Shown: in pieces, positions 8,893 to 18,307 of the stretch
Layout of the letters: every line of letters starts with the position of its first letter
Numbering within the stretch: position 1 is the stretch's first letter
From: Halioglobus sp.
Lineage (GTDB): Bacteria > Pseudomonadota > Gammaproteobacteria > Pseudomonadales > Halieaceae
DNA length: 64,000 nucleotides
Direction of reading: 5' to 3'
Assembly: GCA_028825045.1 (NCBI GenBank)
Contig: JAPKAY010000011.1
Span: forward strand, 17,161-81,160
The notes under the pieces: generated by a model
The model's input: the letters and a program-made list of their open reading frames with translations, nothing else
Database searches by the model: none
Told to the model about the DNA's origin: nothing
Program-made: the position numbers and the translations under genes

Positions 8893-10065
8893 TCAGCCCC
8901 GCCCAAGAATCATTGCGCCCGTGGGCACACCAACGCCACTGCTTACCAGCACATGCTCTACCGCTTTTTCTGGCTGGCTGGTGGAATCGCAGCGTATCAG
9001 ACGGACACCCTCAGCGATATTGTTCATACCATGAATATAGCCTTCAGAAATAAGGCCACCGTGGGTGTTATTGGGCAGGCGTCCATCGACATCAAGCGCG
9101 CCTTCACGCACCAGGTACTTGCCCTCCCCGGCGCCACAAAAACCGAAGCTCTCCAGTTGCATAATAATTTCAGAGGTAAAAGCATCATAAAGACAAGCCG
9201 CATCAATATCATCAGGGCCGAGACCGGACATGTCATAAATGCGCTTGGCCGCCAGCTCCATTTCCGGAAGCGATATTAATTCATCGCGGTAGTAACTAGT
9301 CATCTGTTCCTGTCCGCGGCTGGAGGCCTGGGTCACGGCGCGAATGACGGCCGGTTTTTGTTTCAGATCCCGTGCCCGCTCTGCACTAGTCACCAGTATG
9401 GCGCAGGCGCCGTCTGTTTCCTGGCAGAAATCGTAAAGACACAGTGGTTCAGCAATCTGTTTTGAGTTCAGATACTGTTCCATTGTTAGCGGTTTACCGT
9501 AACCGTAGGCACGCGGGTTACGCAGAGCATGATTGCGCTGTGAAATTGCAACGCGCCCCAGATCCTCCCGAGTAACACCGTACCGATGCATATATTTGTT
9601 GGCGACCATGGCGATCCACGACCCCGGTATCAACATGCCGTAGGGCGTATACCAGGACCAGTGGATAAGGTCGCTGCTGCTAATGTCGCCGGAGACGCCC
9701 TGGCCCATGCGCTTGCCCGAGCGTCCATTCATTGCGCGGTAACAAACGACATTACTGGCCTGACCCGTAGCCACTGCCATCGCCGCCTGAGCTATAGTGC
9801 CCACCGCGGCACCGCCGCCGTAGTTGATCTGGCTGAAAAAAGAGAGGTCGCTGGCACCAACGGCGCGAGCCACCTCCACTTCATCACTCGAATCGAGGGT
9901 GTAGGTAACCAGTCCATCGATTTCTCCAGGACTAATTCCGGCATCGTCACAAGCGGACTTAATGCACTGCGCCGCGAGGGAAAGCTCCGACACGCCCGAT
10001 TGTTTGGAAAAATCGGTTAGTCCAATACCTGCAATGGCCGCTTCATCTTTTAGAGAAATGGGCAT
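8893..10065 (-). CDS. Ltp2-type thiolase-fold steroid side-chain retro-aldolase, copy B
   Basis: AAIAGIG, NYGGG (no nucleophile Cys), DFCQETDGA, LYDAF, NTHGG..SEGYIHGMN. ATG 10065 overlaps the DUF35 stop (TGATG). Confidence 0.88.
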   Translation of the reverse strand: MPISLKDEAAIAGIGLTDFSKQSGVSELSLAAQCIKSACDDAGISPGEIDGLVTYTLDSSDEVEVARAVGASDLSFFSQINYGGGAAVGTIAQAAMAVATGQASNVVCYRAMNGRSGKRMGQGVSGDISSSDLIHWSWYTPYGMLIPGSWIAMVANKYMHRYGVTREDLGRVAISQRNHALRNPRAYGYGKPLTMEQYLNSKQIAEPLCLYDFCQETDGACAILVTSAERARDLKQKPAVIRAVTQASSRGQEQMTSYYRDELISLPEMELAAKRIYDMSGLGPDDIDAACLYDAFTSEIIMQLESFGFCGAGEGKYLVREGALDVDGRLPNNTHGGLISEGYIHGMNNIAEGVRLIRCDSTSQPEKAVEHVLVSSGVGVPTGAMILGRG

Positions 10066-10475
10066 CAAGCACTCCCCGCCAACTTAAAAACAGGCAGTTT
10101 AAATCCATCCGGATCACGCTGGATCAACATCTCAACCTGCAGTCCGAAATCTACGTCCTCAGGCTCGCATCCGACCAGTTGTGAGGTCACTCGCGTACCC
10201 TCCTCCAGGTCTACCAGCACAATAACCAAAGGATATTCATAACCTGGAAACTGAGGATGGCGCAGAACGGTATAACTGCAGATGCTGCCCTTGCCCGACG
10301 CCTCCACAGCATCCCACTCGAGCGAGTGGCAATCTCCACACATCGGACGTGGCGGATGGCGCAGTGTTAGGCACCCCAGGCAGCGCTGTATACCCAGCTT
10401 GTCATCCGCAGCCATTTTCCACCACCAGGCGTTGTCCAGGCCCATTGGTGGCTTTATGCGGGTAGCTTCGGTCAC
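10065..10475 (-). CDS. Stand-alone DUF35 (Zn-ribbon + OB-fold) protein
   Basis: QRCLGC...HPPRPMCGDC Zn ribbon followed by an OB fold. Closely resembles the C-terminus of 13640..14614. Confidence 0.9.
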   Translation of the reverse strand: MTEATRIKPPMGLDNAWWWKMAADDKLGIQRCLGCLTLRHPPRPMCGDCHSLEWDAVEASGKGSICSYTVLRHPQFPGYEYPLVIVLVDLEEGTRVTSQLVGCEPEDVDFGLQVEMLIQRDPDGFKLPVFKLAGSA

Positions 10476-10478
10476 CGC

Positions 10479-11630
10479 TTAAACTTCCAGAGCACGAAAA
10501 CCCAGTGTGTCATCCTCCGCTAACAAACGCCCGAGCCGCTCCAACTGCTGACTCGCATTGCCCAGGGAATAACCAATTTGTTTGGCCATGAGATAAAAAC
10601 GATGGATGGGGTATTCGACATCGGAACCGATACCACCGTGTAAATGTTGGGAGGAGCAGACCACCCGGTGAGCCGCATCACAGGCCCACCACTTTGCCGC
10701 GCGCACTTCAGCCCGGGCATCCAGCCCTTCACTCAAGCGCCACAATGCCAACCAGTAGGTGGAGCGAATACCCTCCACATCGATGTAGCTGTCCGCCATG
10801 CGCATCGCCAGAGCCTGGAATGTGCCCAGGGGAACGCCGAATTGTTCTCGCTCACCTAAAAAGGCGGCAGTGCGCTTCATTGCCTCCTCCGTAACGCCGA
10901 CCTGCAGCGCACAGTGGCCGATGTTGGCGCGCTGCTCCAACCACTCGAGAATTTCCGCGCCCTGGCCCGATGCTCCCAGCAGCGTGTTGTTTTCAACAAT
11001 GACATCAGTCAGCGTTAATTGCGCTGCCAAAGCACCGGACAAACCCATCTCAACAGGCTGCAAATTGACGCCCGGTGCCTTTGCATCGACGATAAATACT
11101 GACACTTGTCCCGCGGAATCTTCCGCTGGTACCAAAATAAAATCAGCTACTGCACCATCTGGGACAACCGCTTTCGTACCATTCAATATCCAGCCACTGT
11201 CTTGTGGCGTCGCGACGACACCTGTAACCAGGGCAGCGTTCATTCCCAGTTCGGCTATGGCGGCGGTAAACTTCGCCTTACCTGCTACCAGCGCGGTGAG
11301 GTAGCGCTGCTGCTGCGACTCAGATCCAAATTCGGCGATGGGCAACCCGCCTAACACCAAAGAAGAATAAACCGGCACAGGTGCCACACGGCGACCTTGC
11401 TCCTCTAACACCAGGCATAACTCAGTCAGCCCAAGGCCGGTACCGCCGGCAGTCTCTGGAATCGCGACTCCCAATAAACCCTGCTCAGCCAATGTCTGCC
11501 AGAGTGGCTCATCGTAAGCCTGGTTTCCGCGTGAAAATTCCAACAGGAACTCATCGCTCGCGCGATCCGTAAAGATTTGGTAGGACAGTTCACGAATCGC
11601 ATTCTGGTCGTCGCTAAAATTAAAATTCAT
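10479..11630 (-). CDS. Acyl-CoA dehydrogenase, FadE27/FadE28-like (non-catalytic partner subunit type)
   Basis: MNFNFSDDQ start at ATG 11630; REQFGVPLGTFQA, ADSYIDV and QHLHGGIG..EYPIHR. Lacks the usual TEP..GSD motif, as in ChsE1/ChsE5-type subunits. Confidence 0.85.
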   Translation of the reverse strand: MNFNFSDDQNAIRELSYQIFTDRASDEFLLEFSRGNQAYDEPLWQTLAEQGLLGVAIPETAGGTGLGLTELCLVLEEQGRRVAPVPVYSSLVLGGLPIAEFGSESQQQRYLTALVAGKAKFTAAIAELGMNAALVTGVVATPQDSGWILNGTKAVVPDGAVADFILVPAEDSAGQVSVFIVDAKAPGVNLQPVEMGLSGALAAQLTLTDVIVENNTLLGASGQGAEILEWLEQRANIGHCALQVGVTEEAMKRTAAFLGEREQFGVPLGTFQALAMRMADSYIDVEGIRSTYWLALWRLSEGLDARAEVRAAKWWACDAAHRVVCSSQHLHGGIGSDVEYPIHRFYLMAKQIGYSLGNASQQLERLGRLLAEDDTLGFRALEV

Positions 11631-11643
11631 GACGCTTAGTGCC

Positions 11644-12348
11644 TCAGTTATTCCTGACCATGACGGCCAAGTTTCGGGTGTATTTGAGTTGTTTCTCATT
11701 CGGATGGCGCAGAAACAATGCTCGATAAAACATCGTTGTCAGCAATTCGGCAATCTGCTCCACGGTAAGCTGCGCTACCCCCAGTGTTTTGCTTTCATTG
11801 ATAAATTGTTCACGTATAAGCCCTTCGCCAATACCCGCAAGAGAATATACGACCATCAACGCCTGGTGCTTTTTAAAGCGCACCTCCGGGAACAGCTTGG
11901 GCATCAGATCTACCAGCCACATCAGTTGATTGCGATAGTTCTCACGCAGCATGGCAGAGAAGGCCTCGTCTTCATCCGCCAGTTGCAGCAAGCAACGCAT
12001 CGCGCCGGGTCGCTTTGCATAACTGCGCACAATCACCAAATTGTGAGCATAAATGCGGGCGTACCAGTCTCCTTTGGATACGTTTTTTTCTATCTTCGAA
12101 AGATCGTTGCTCGCCATGGCAAAATCCGTTAATACTTCCAGGGTCAGTGATTTCAGATCTTTGAAATAGTGATAGAACAACCCCTGGGCGACGCCCGCCT
12201 CGCCAGTCACGTCGGCTATACGCATCTTGTGGTAGCCCTGACGCTCCAGCACGACAAGCGCAGCTTCTTTGAGTCCCGCGCGTGCGCGCTCTCCTCGGGC
12301 GCTTCGCACACCGTTTTGCTTTGCAGTTTTAGATGCTGTTGATGCCAT
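11644..12348 (-). CDS. TetR/AcrR family transcriptional regulator
   Basis: GYHKMRIADVTGEAGVAQGLFYHYFKD helix-turn-helix. First gene of the left arm. Confidence 0.92.
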   Translation of the reverse strand: MASTASKTAKQNGVRSARGERARAGLKEAALVVLERQGYHKMRIADVTGEAGVAQGLFYHYFKDLKSLTLEVLTDFAMASNDLSKIEKNVSKGDWYARIYAHNLVIVRSYAKRPGAMRCLLQLADEDEAFSAMLRENYRNQLMWLVDLMPKLFPEVRFKKHQALMVVYSLAGIGEGLIREQFINESKTLGVAQLTVEQIAELLTTMFYRALFLRHPNEKQLKYTRNLAVMVRNN

Positions 12349-12363
12349 GGAGCCACAAAGTAG

Positions 12364-12385
12364 TTGAATTTGAATTCAAAATCAA
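12364..12385. promoter_or_regulatory. 22-bp near-perfect palindrome TTGAATTTGAATTCAAAATCAA overlapping divergent sigma70-like promoters; candidate TetR operator
   Basis: 10 of 11 arm positions pair. On +: TTGAAT-16-TATTAT (12364..12391). On -: TTGATT-17-TACTTT (12385..12357). Confidence 0.65.
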
Positions 12386-12420
12386 TATTATGTCTAGCAC
12401 TATCCGCAGAGGCAAATCCA

Positions 12421-13593
12421 ATGTTCGTCGATTACACCGAAAAGCAGAATGCACTGCGCAAAGAGTTTCGCGACTATTTTTCCAAGCTAATTAAGCCCGA
12501 GCACCGCGATGAACTGCGTAACGCCGAGAGTGGGGATCTGTATAAGTCACTCATTCGACAACAGGGCCGAGACGGCATGCTGGCAGTCGGGTGGCCTGAA
12601 GAATACGGCGGACGCGGTCTAAGCCAAAGCGAGCAATTGATACGCTACGAAGAAGCCCTGCTCGCGGGCGCCCCTACTCCTTTCGTGACCCTCAATACCG
12701 TTGGTCCCGCAATCATGAGCAAGGGGACCGAAGAGCAAAAGACACGATTTCTTCCCGGCATTGCCGGTGGAGAACTGCACTTCGCAATCGGCTACACCGA
12801 ACCCAGCGCCGGTACCGATCTCGCTGCCCTGACGACGTCCGCCGTTAAGCATGACGATCACTACCTTGTGAACGGAAACAAGGTATTTACCAGCGGCGCT
12901 GAGGGTGCTGACTACATTTGGCTGGCCGTACGCACGGATCCAGACGTGCCCAAACATAAGGGCATCTCTATTCTAGTGGCAGATACGACAGACCCCGGGT
13001 TTTCCTACGGCGCCATTCACACCATGGGTGGTGTGCGCACCAACGTTACCTACTACTCAGACGTGAAAGTGCCTGCAGACATGATCATTGGTGAGGAAAA
13101 TCGTGGCTGGCGTCTGATCACCGAGCAGCTGAATCATGAGCGCGTTGGGCTCGCGGCATGGGGTATACAAGGCTGGAAGATCTATCGCTTGGCGCTGGAC
13201 TGGGCGCGGAATACAAAAAATGCTCAAGGCCAGAGAGTAATCGACGACCCCGGCGCTCAACGCAATCTTGCGGAAGCGTATGTTCACCTGGAAGCCATGC
13301 GAGTAATGAATGCGCGCATGTCCTGGCAGCTGGACCAACACGAACTGGACCCGGTTTTCCCATCGGCTATCAAAGTGTATTCAACCGAGAAGATGCTGGA
13401 AATATGCCGCCTGTTAATGGATATGGTTGGACCACATTCACTGATTGCCGCCGGCAGCGAAGGCGCCGTACTCCATGGTGATCTGGAACATGAATATCGA
13501 CGCGCCACTATTAACACTTTCGGCGGTGGCGTGGTGGAAGTATTGCGCGGCCTGGTCGCCACCCACGGCCTTGGCATGCCAACGCATCGTTAA
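12421..13593 (+). CDS. Acyl-CoA dehydrogenase, FadE26/FadE29-like (catalytic subunit type)
   Basis: Start ATG 12421 (MFVDY). AIGYTEPSAGTDLA, KHKGIS, QLNHERV (catalytic Glu), WARNTK...RVID and TFGGG..EV. Confidence 0.9.
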   Translation: MFVDYTEKQNALRKEFRDYFSKLIKPEHRDELRNAESGDLYKSLIRQQGRDGMLAVGWPEEYGGRGLSQSEQLIRYEEALLAGAPTPFVTLNTVGPAIMSKGTEEQKTRFLPGIAGGELHFAIGYTEPSAGTDLAALTTSAVKHDDHYLVNGNKVFTSGAEGADYIWLAVRTDPDVPKHKGISILVADTTDPGFSYGAIHTMGGVRTNVTYYSDVKVPADMIIGEENRGWRLITEQLNHERVGLAAWGIQGWKIYRLALDWARNTKNAQGQRVIDDPGAQRNLAEAYVHLEAMRVMNARMSWQLDQHELDPVFPSAIKVYSTEKMLEICRLLMDMVGPHSLIAAGSEGAVLHGDLEHEYRRATINTFGGGVVEVLRGLVATHGLGMPTHR

Positions 13594-13639
13594 AAACTGC
13601 AATCACAGTTAATACTGAGCACTAGGAGAACTCCCCCCA

Positions 13640-14614
13640 ATGACAGCTAATGAGCTAAACGCCTTCGAGGACGAAATCAACGCCTTTGTGGGCCGCGAAG
13701 TCTGCCCACCCACACCGGCAAAAGACGACGTCAATACTGCAATGATCCGTCAATGGACTGAGATCATTGGCGACACCAACCCTGCTTATACTAATGAAGC
13801 CTGGGCGGCAAAAAGCACACGCGGCAAGTCGATCGCGCCGCCAGCGATGATGTATGTGTGGGGCCAGGAAGGATTTGCCGTTACTACCGGCCGACCCGCC
13901 GATGCACAGGCCGACCTTGTCAGTCTGTTCAACAAACACGGCTACACCGGCGTGCTGGGCACCAATGTCAAACAGGAGTATTTCAAGGAGGTCAGCCCGA
14001 ATGACAACGTTGTCATGGAGATGGTCATTGACAATATCTCTGAGCGGAAAACTACCGGGCGTGGACCCGGCTACTTTTTTGAAACTTTGTCCACTTTTAC
14101 AAACCAGCATGGCGAAAAAATTGGAACCCAGCGCTTCAAGGTGTTGAAGTTCATTCCCCAGGAGCAACCTGCCGCTCCAGCCGCCGAGGACACACTGCAG
14201 GTTCCCACGCGTATCGCCTCACCTCGTGGTCATGACAACAAATGGTGGTGGGATGCATGCGATGCTGGAAAAGTGCTGATTCAACGCTGCAAAAGCTGCC
14301 AGACACTGCGCCACCCTCCTCGGCCCATGTGCGGCGAGTGCCAATCCATGGAATGGGATTCAATCGAATCCACACTCGATGGTGAAGTCCTCAGCCACAC
14401 AGAACTCCATCATCCCAAAATACCCGGTTACCAATATCCGCTGGTATGCGCGGTGATCAGATTGGGAGAGGGAACCAATATCGTATCCAATGTAGTGGGC
14501 TGCGATCCCTCTGCGGTGCATATTGGCATGCAGGTAAAAGGCAAGGTCGAGCAGGTGGATGAAAAAACTATGCTGCCACAATTCTATCCGGCGTCATCAG
14601 GAATACGATCATGA
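13640..14614 (+). CDS. chsH2: ChsH2-like protein: MaoC-like N-domain fused to DUF35
   Basis: IRQW...GDTNP.Y...APPAM hotdog N-domain plus C-terminal QRCKSC...HPPRPMCGEC Zn-ribbon/OB fold. Sits in the ACAD-chsH2-chsH1-ltp2 gene order. Confidence 0.82.
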   Translation: MTANELNAFEDEINAFVGREVCPPTPAKDDVNTAMIRQWTEIIGDTNPAYTNEAWAAKSTRGKSIAPPAMMYVWGQEGFAVTTGRPADAQADLVSLFNKHGYTGVLGTNVKQEYFKEVSPNDNVVMEMVIDNISERKTTGRGPGYFFETLSTFTNQHGEKIGTQRFKVLKFIPQEQPAAPAAEDTLQVPTRIASPRGHDNKWWWDACDAGKVLIQRCKSCQTLRHPPRPMCGECQSMEWDSIESTLDGEVLSHTELHHPKIPGYQYPLVCAVIRLGEGTNIVSNVVGCDPSAVHIGMQVKGKVEQVDEKTMLPQFYPASSGIRS

Positions 14615-15042
14615 GTGACCACAAGACGTTGGGCTGCGCAGAAATATCTGTCGGCGATAAACTACCCTCTCTGGACATAGACATTACGACTGGCCTGGTG
14701 GTCTGCGGGGCATTGGCCACACGCGATTTCGAGCCGGTCCATCACGACAAGACATCTGCAGTCGCCACAGGATTACCTGATGTTTTTATGAATATTCTCA
14801 CCAGCCAGGGATTAATGACCCGTTTTGCCACTGACTGGAGTGGCCCTGAAGCTGTCGTTAAATCGCTGGACCTTCGACTCGGCGCACCCAATGTCCCAGG
14901 CATGGTAATGACCATGACCGGGGCAGTCACTGCCGTCGACCCAGGCACCGGCGTCGTGGAAGTAGAAGTACTGGGAGAAAACAATATTTGGGGTATGCAT
15001 ATGCAGGGCTCCGTTGAACTCGCACTGCCCAAGGAGGCCTGA
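14611..15042 (+). CDS. chsH1: ChsH1-like MaoC hydratase catalytic subunit
   Basis: ALATRDFEPVHHD (D-x4-H), DVFMNILT, DWSGP and PNVPG. ATGA overlap with chsH2. Confidence 0.82.
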   Translation: MSDHKTLGCAEISVGDKLPSLDIDITTGLVVCGALATRDFEPVHHDKTSAVATGLPDVFMNILTSQGLMTRFATDWSGPEAVVKSLDLRLGAPNVPGMVMTMTGAVTAVDPGTGVVEVEVLGENNIWGMHMQGSVELALPKEA

Positions 15043-15045
15043 GCC

Positions 15046-16221
15046 GTGGTTGCAAACGTTAAAGACAAAGCGGTTATCGTCGGGATCGGCAATACCAAAT
15101 TCAGCAAAGAATCAGGCGTATCTGAATTATCGCTGGCGGTACAAGCGGTCAAAGCCGCCATCGACGATGCTGGCTTAAAGCCCAGCGATATCGACGGCAT
15201 GGCGACCTTCACTATGGACACCAACGATGAGATTGAAGTCGCTCGCGCCCTGGGTGTAGGCGAACTAACATTTTACGGTCGCTCACACTACGGCGGTGGT
15301 GCGGCAACCAGTTGTCTGCACCAAGCCACCATGGCGGTCGCCACTGGAATGGCAGAGACAGTTGTGGTTTATCGCGCCCTGAACGGCCGCAGCGGCCATC
15401 GCTTTTCCGGTGGAGTTGCTGGTGACATCACCACTGCCGACGCCATCCACTGGGGCTGGTACATGCCCTATGGACTGCTGACACCAGCAAGCTGGGTCGC
15501 GATGTTCACCGAGCGCTGGATGCATAACACTGGGGTCACCAAAGACGCACTATTTGAAGTAGCCCACTCCACACGGGTATACGGCGCCAATAATCCGGCT
15601 GCGTTTTTCTACGGCCGGAGCTTTGACCGCGCCGAGTACGATGCCGCCCGCACGATCGCCAGTCCGTTACAGTTGTTTGACTGCTGCCAGGAAAGCGACG
15701 GCGGCTCTGCCGTCATTGTCACCACACCTGAACGAGCCCGCGATCTCAAGCAACCCGGCGTCAGCGTGCGTGGTGTTGCCCAGTGTGCGGCTGACAACCA
15801 GGAACAAATGACGTCATTTTATCGCGAGGAATTTGCCGGCATCCCCGAGATGGAACGCGCTGCAGAAAATGTATATGCGATGAGCGGACTCACTGTCGAC
15901 GATATTGATGCAGCGGTAATCTATGACGCTTTCTCCCCTATCGTGTTGTGGCAGCTAGAGGCTTGGGGCTTTTGCGGCAATGGTGAGTCCGGCGACTTCG
16001 TTCTCGATGGCGCACTGCGCACAGATGGCCGACTGCCCACCAATACGCACGGCGGTCAATTAAGTGAAGCCTATATTCACGGCGTGAACGGTATTGTGGA
16101 AGCAACTCGCCTGGTGCGCGGTACTTCAGTCAATCAGCCTGCCAAAGATGTGAACCACGCATTAGTAACCTCTGGTGTGGGTATTCCTACGGGCGGCGCA
16201 ATATTAGGCAAAATGAACTGA
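15046..16221 (+). CDS. ltp2: Ltp2-type steroid side-chain retro-aldolase, copy A
   Basis: TFTMDTNDEIEVARALG, HYGGGAA, DCCQESDG, IYDAF and NTHGGQLSEAYIHGVNG. Confidence 0.88.
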   Translation: MVANVKDKAVIVGIGNTKFSKESGVSELSLAVQAVKAAIDDAGLKPSDIDGMATFTMDTNDEIEVARALGVGELTFYGRSHYGGGAATSCLHQATMAVATGMAETVVVYRALNGRSGHRFSGGVAGDITTADAIHWGWYMPYGLLTPASWVAMFTERWMHNTGVTKDALFEVAHSTRVYGANNPAAFFYGRSFDRAEYDAARTIASPLQLFDCCQESDGGSAVIVTTPERARDLKQPGVSVRGVAQCAADNQEQMTSFYREEFAGIPEMERAAENVYAMSGLTVDDIDAAVIYDAFSPIVLWQLEAWGFCGNGESGDFVLDGALRTDGRLPTNTHGGQLSEAYIHGVNGIVEATRLVRGTSVNQPAKDVNHALVTSGVGIPTGGAILGKMN

Positions 16222-16693
16222 CCTTGTGCTGCCTGTAGCTTCATCGAAGTGATACCAAGCCCCCGCAACCCGTGAACAGTCGCAGCGTGTCGGCGCTGGC
16301 ACGATCGCTTTCACCCGTGCCAGAACTCAGTTTGCAGTTGGTACAGCCGTTGAGATGACTAGCAACCCTCCTATACAGACCCTCAGGCCACCTGTGCTGG
16401 ACCTCCTCCAGCAACGGCCAGGCCATGATCGACCCATCTCCGGGTAAATCGCCTTAGATTGAACCAAGGCGAACTTTCCTCACAGATCACGGTCCTAATT
16501 GGCAGGTGAGCACTGGTTTTTTGATGCCGTGCGTATACACTTTTGCCAGTTAACGACATTGCTCCCTAACAAACCTAACCGGTGATAGTTAGACCGGCAC
16601 TGTCCTTTAGATGCCAACTAAAAGCCCGCTAAAGTCAGGGCTGACACCGCAGAACGCATACTCCGGACACTTTGAATCAGGGAGATTAAGACA

Positions 16694-18280
16694 TTGACGA
16701 TAAACCGCAAAAACCTTGCCCGGCATAAAATATTGCCCCCCCTGTTGATCACCCTCTCCGCGCTTCTAACGGCCTGTAGTGACAGCAACAACAATCAGCC
16801 ACAGATCTCCACACTGGGCGTACCCGGCGGTGGCAATGCGAGTACCGTTGTTGTCCCCGCAGCCAACATAGAAGGGCCCATCGCTGGGGTACCGGTTCTT
16901 GTCGGTACTTTTATCAATCTTCCTGCGCTGGGTTACACCACCGAGACAGAGTTTTTTGTGTCCGGTACTGCCAATGCCTACACCAATGTCAATGAACTCG
17001 GCCCCGATGGAAAGTGGCAGGTTCAGGCCAGTGAGCAAGCTGATTACCGAACCCGAGTCGTTGTTATTCGACCTACCGATCCGGAAAATTTCAACGGCAC
17101 AGTGATACTTGAATGGTTAAATGTCAGTGCCGGCTTTGATTCGCCACCCGACTGGCTTGCAGCACACACCGAGCTAATCCGCAGTGGTTATGCATGGGTC
17201 GGTGTATCTGCTCAGGCAGATGGCGTGAAAGCTCTGATGGATGGTAGCGCTGCCGCGATCATACCCGGCGGAGTCGGAGATGATCGTTACGATAGCCTCA
17301 ACCACCCGGACGACAAGTACTCCTATAGTATTTTTTCGCAGATCGCGCAGGCTGTCAGAGAGCCGGGAGAAAATGCTCCGCTGGGTAACCTGGTAGCACA
17401 GCGAATGATTGCAGCAGGTGAGTCACAGTCCGCAGGACGCATGGTGACCTATGTGAATGCTTTTGCCCCTATGCATGCTCTTTTTGATGGCTATTTTATT
17501 CACAGCCGCACCGCGGGAAGCGCCCCCCTGCAGGGATCCTTCAACGACGTGACAGTAGCAACACCTGCAGTAGTTCGTATCAGGGACGACCTGGGCATCC
17601 CAAGCATGATGGTTCAAACAGAAACAGATCTTTTCGTTTTAGGCTCTCACCCCAGTAACCAGGGTGACAATGCATTCTTTCGTCTATGGGAAATCGCAGG
17701 CACCGCCCATGCCGATCTCTACACCTTTCTCGACAGTCGCTTTGACCTGGGCACAGACCCTTCCATTGCTGCTGTTGTTGAAGAGCTCTCTCCCGTTCCC
17801 GGCATTATTGACTGCACCATAGCCGTTAACGCTGGACCACAGCATTTTGTGGTCAACGCAGCAGTGAGGGCACTCAATACCTGGATTGTGGATGGCACCG
17901 CTCCGCCGATAGCGGATCGTCTTGAAGTTGCGGGTAATCCCCCAGCGTTTGTCAAAGATTCGTTAGGTAATGTAAAAGGAGGGATTCGAACGTCCTATGT
18001 CGAGACACCGATCGCAATACTAGAAGGAGAAGGGCAACCCCAACCTGACTTTTCTGAAATCGAGGAAATCAATTTGGATTCTATTGATTTTTGCTTTCTT
18101 TCAGGTACTACCGCGCTCTTTGACGCGGCCACTCTCGGATCACTTTACGAAGACAATGCAGACTATGTCGAGAAACTGAATGCCTCCACGGATGACGCTG
18201 TAAGCAAGGGCTTTCTGCTGCTGGAAGATGCACAACTCATTAAAGACTACGCAGCCAGTACCGATATCTTTGCGCCCTGA
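16694..18280 (+). CDS. Lipoprotein with alpha/beta-hydrolase domain (Abhydrolase_10-like)
   Basis: RBS GGGAG plus TTG start; lipobox LLTAC; EWLNVSAGFD, GYAWVGVSAQ, AGESQSA (G-x-S-x-S), WEIAGTAHAD and GNVKGGIR. Confidence 0.8.
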   Translation: MTINRKNLARHKILPPLLITLSALLTACSDSNNNQPQISTLGVPGGGNASTVVVPAANIEGPIAGVPVLVGTFINLPALGYTTETEFFVSGTANAYTNVNELGPDGKWQVQASEQADYRTRVVVIRPTDPENFNGTVILEWLNVSAGFDSPPDWLAAHTELIRSGYAWVGVSAQADGVKALMDGSAAAIIPGGVGDDRYDSLNHPDDKYSYSIFSQIAQAVREPGENAPLGNLVAQRMIAAGESQSAGRMVTYVNAFAPMHALFDGYFIHSRTAGSAPLQGSFNDVTVATPAVVRIRDDLGIPSMMVQTETDLFVLGSHPSNQGDNAFFRLWEIAGTAHADLYTFLDSRFDLGTDPSIAAVVEELSPVPGIIDCTIAVNAGPQHFVVNAAVRALNTWIVDGTAPPIADRLEVAGNPPAFVKDSLGNVKGGIRTSYVETPIAILEGEGQPQPDFSEIEEINLDSIDFCFLSGTTALFDAATLGSLYEDNADYVEKLNASTDDAVSKGFLLLEDAQLIKDYAASTDIFAP

Positions 18281-18307
18281 GGATTGCCGTGCATCAAGGT
18301 CTAGTCA

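Noticed and set aside
16241-16426. 61-aa minus-strand ORF with CTNC in the ltp2-hydrolase gap
   Set aside because: No RBS or recognisable family; more likely non-coding.
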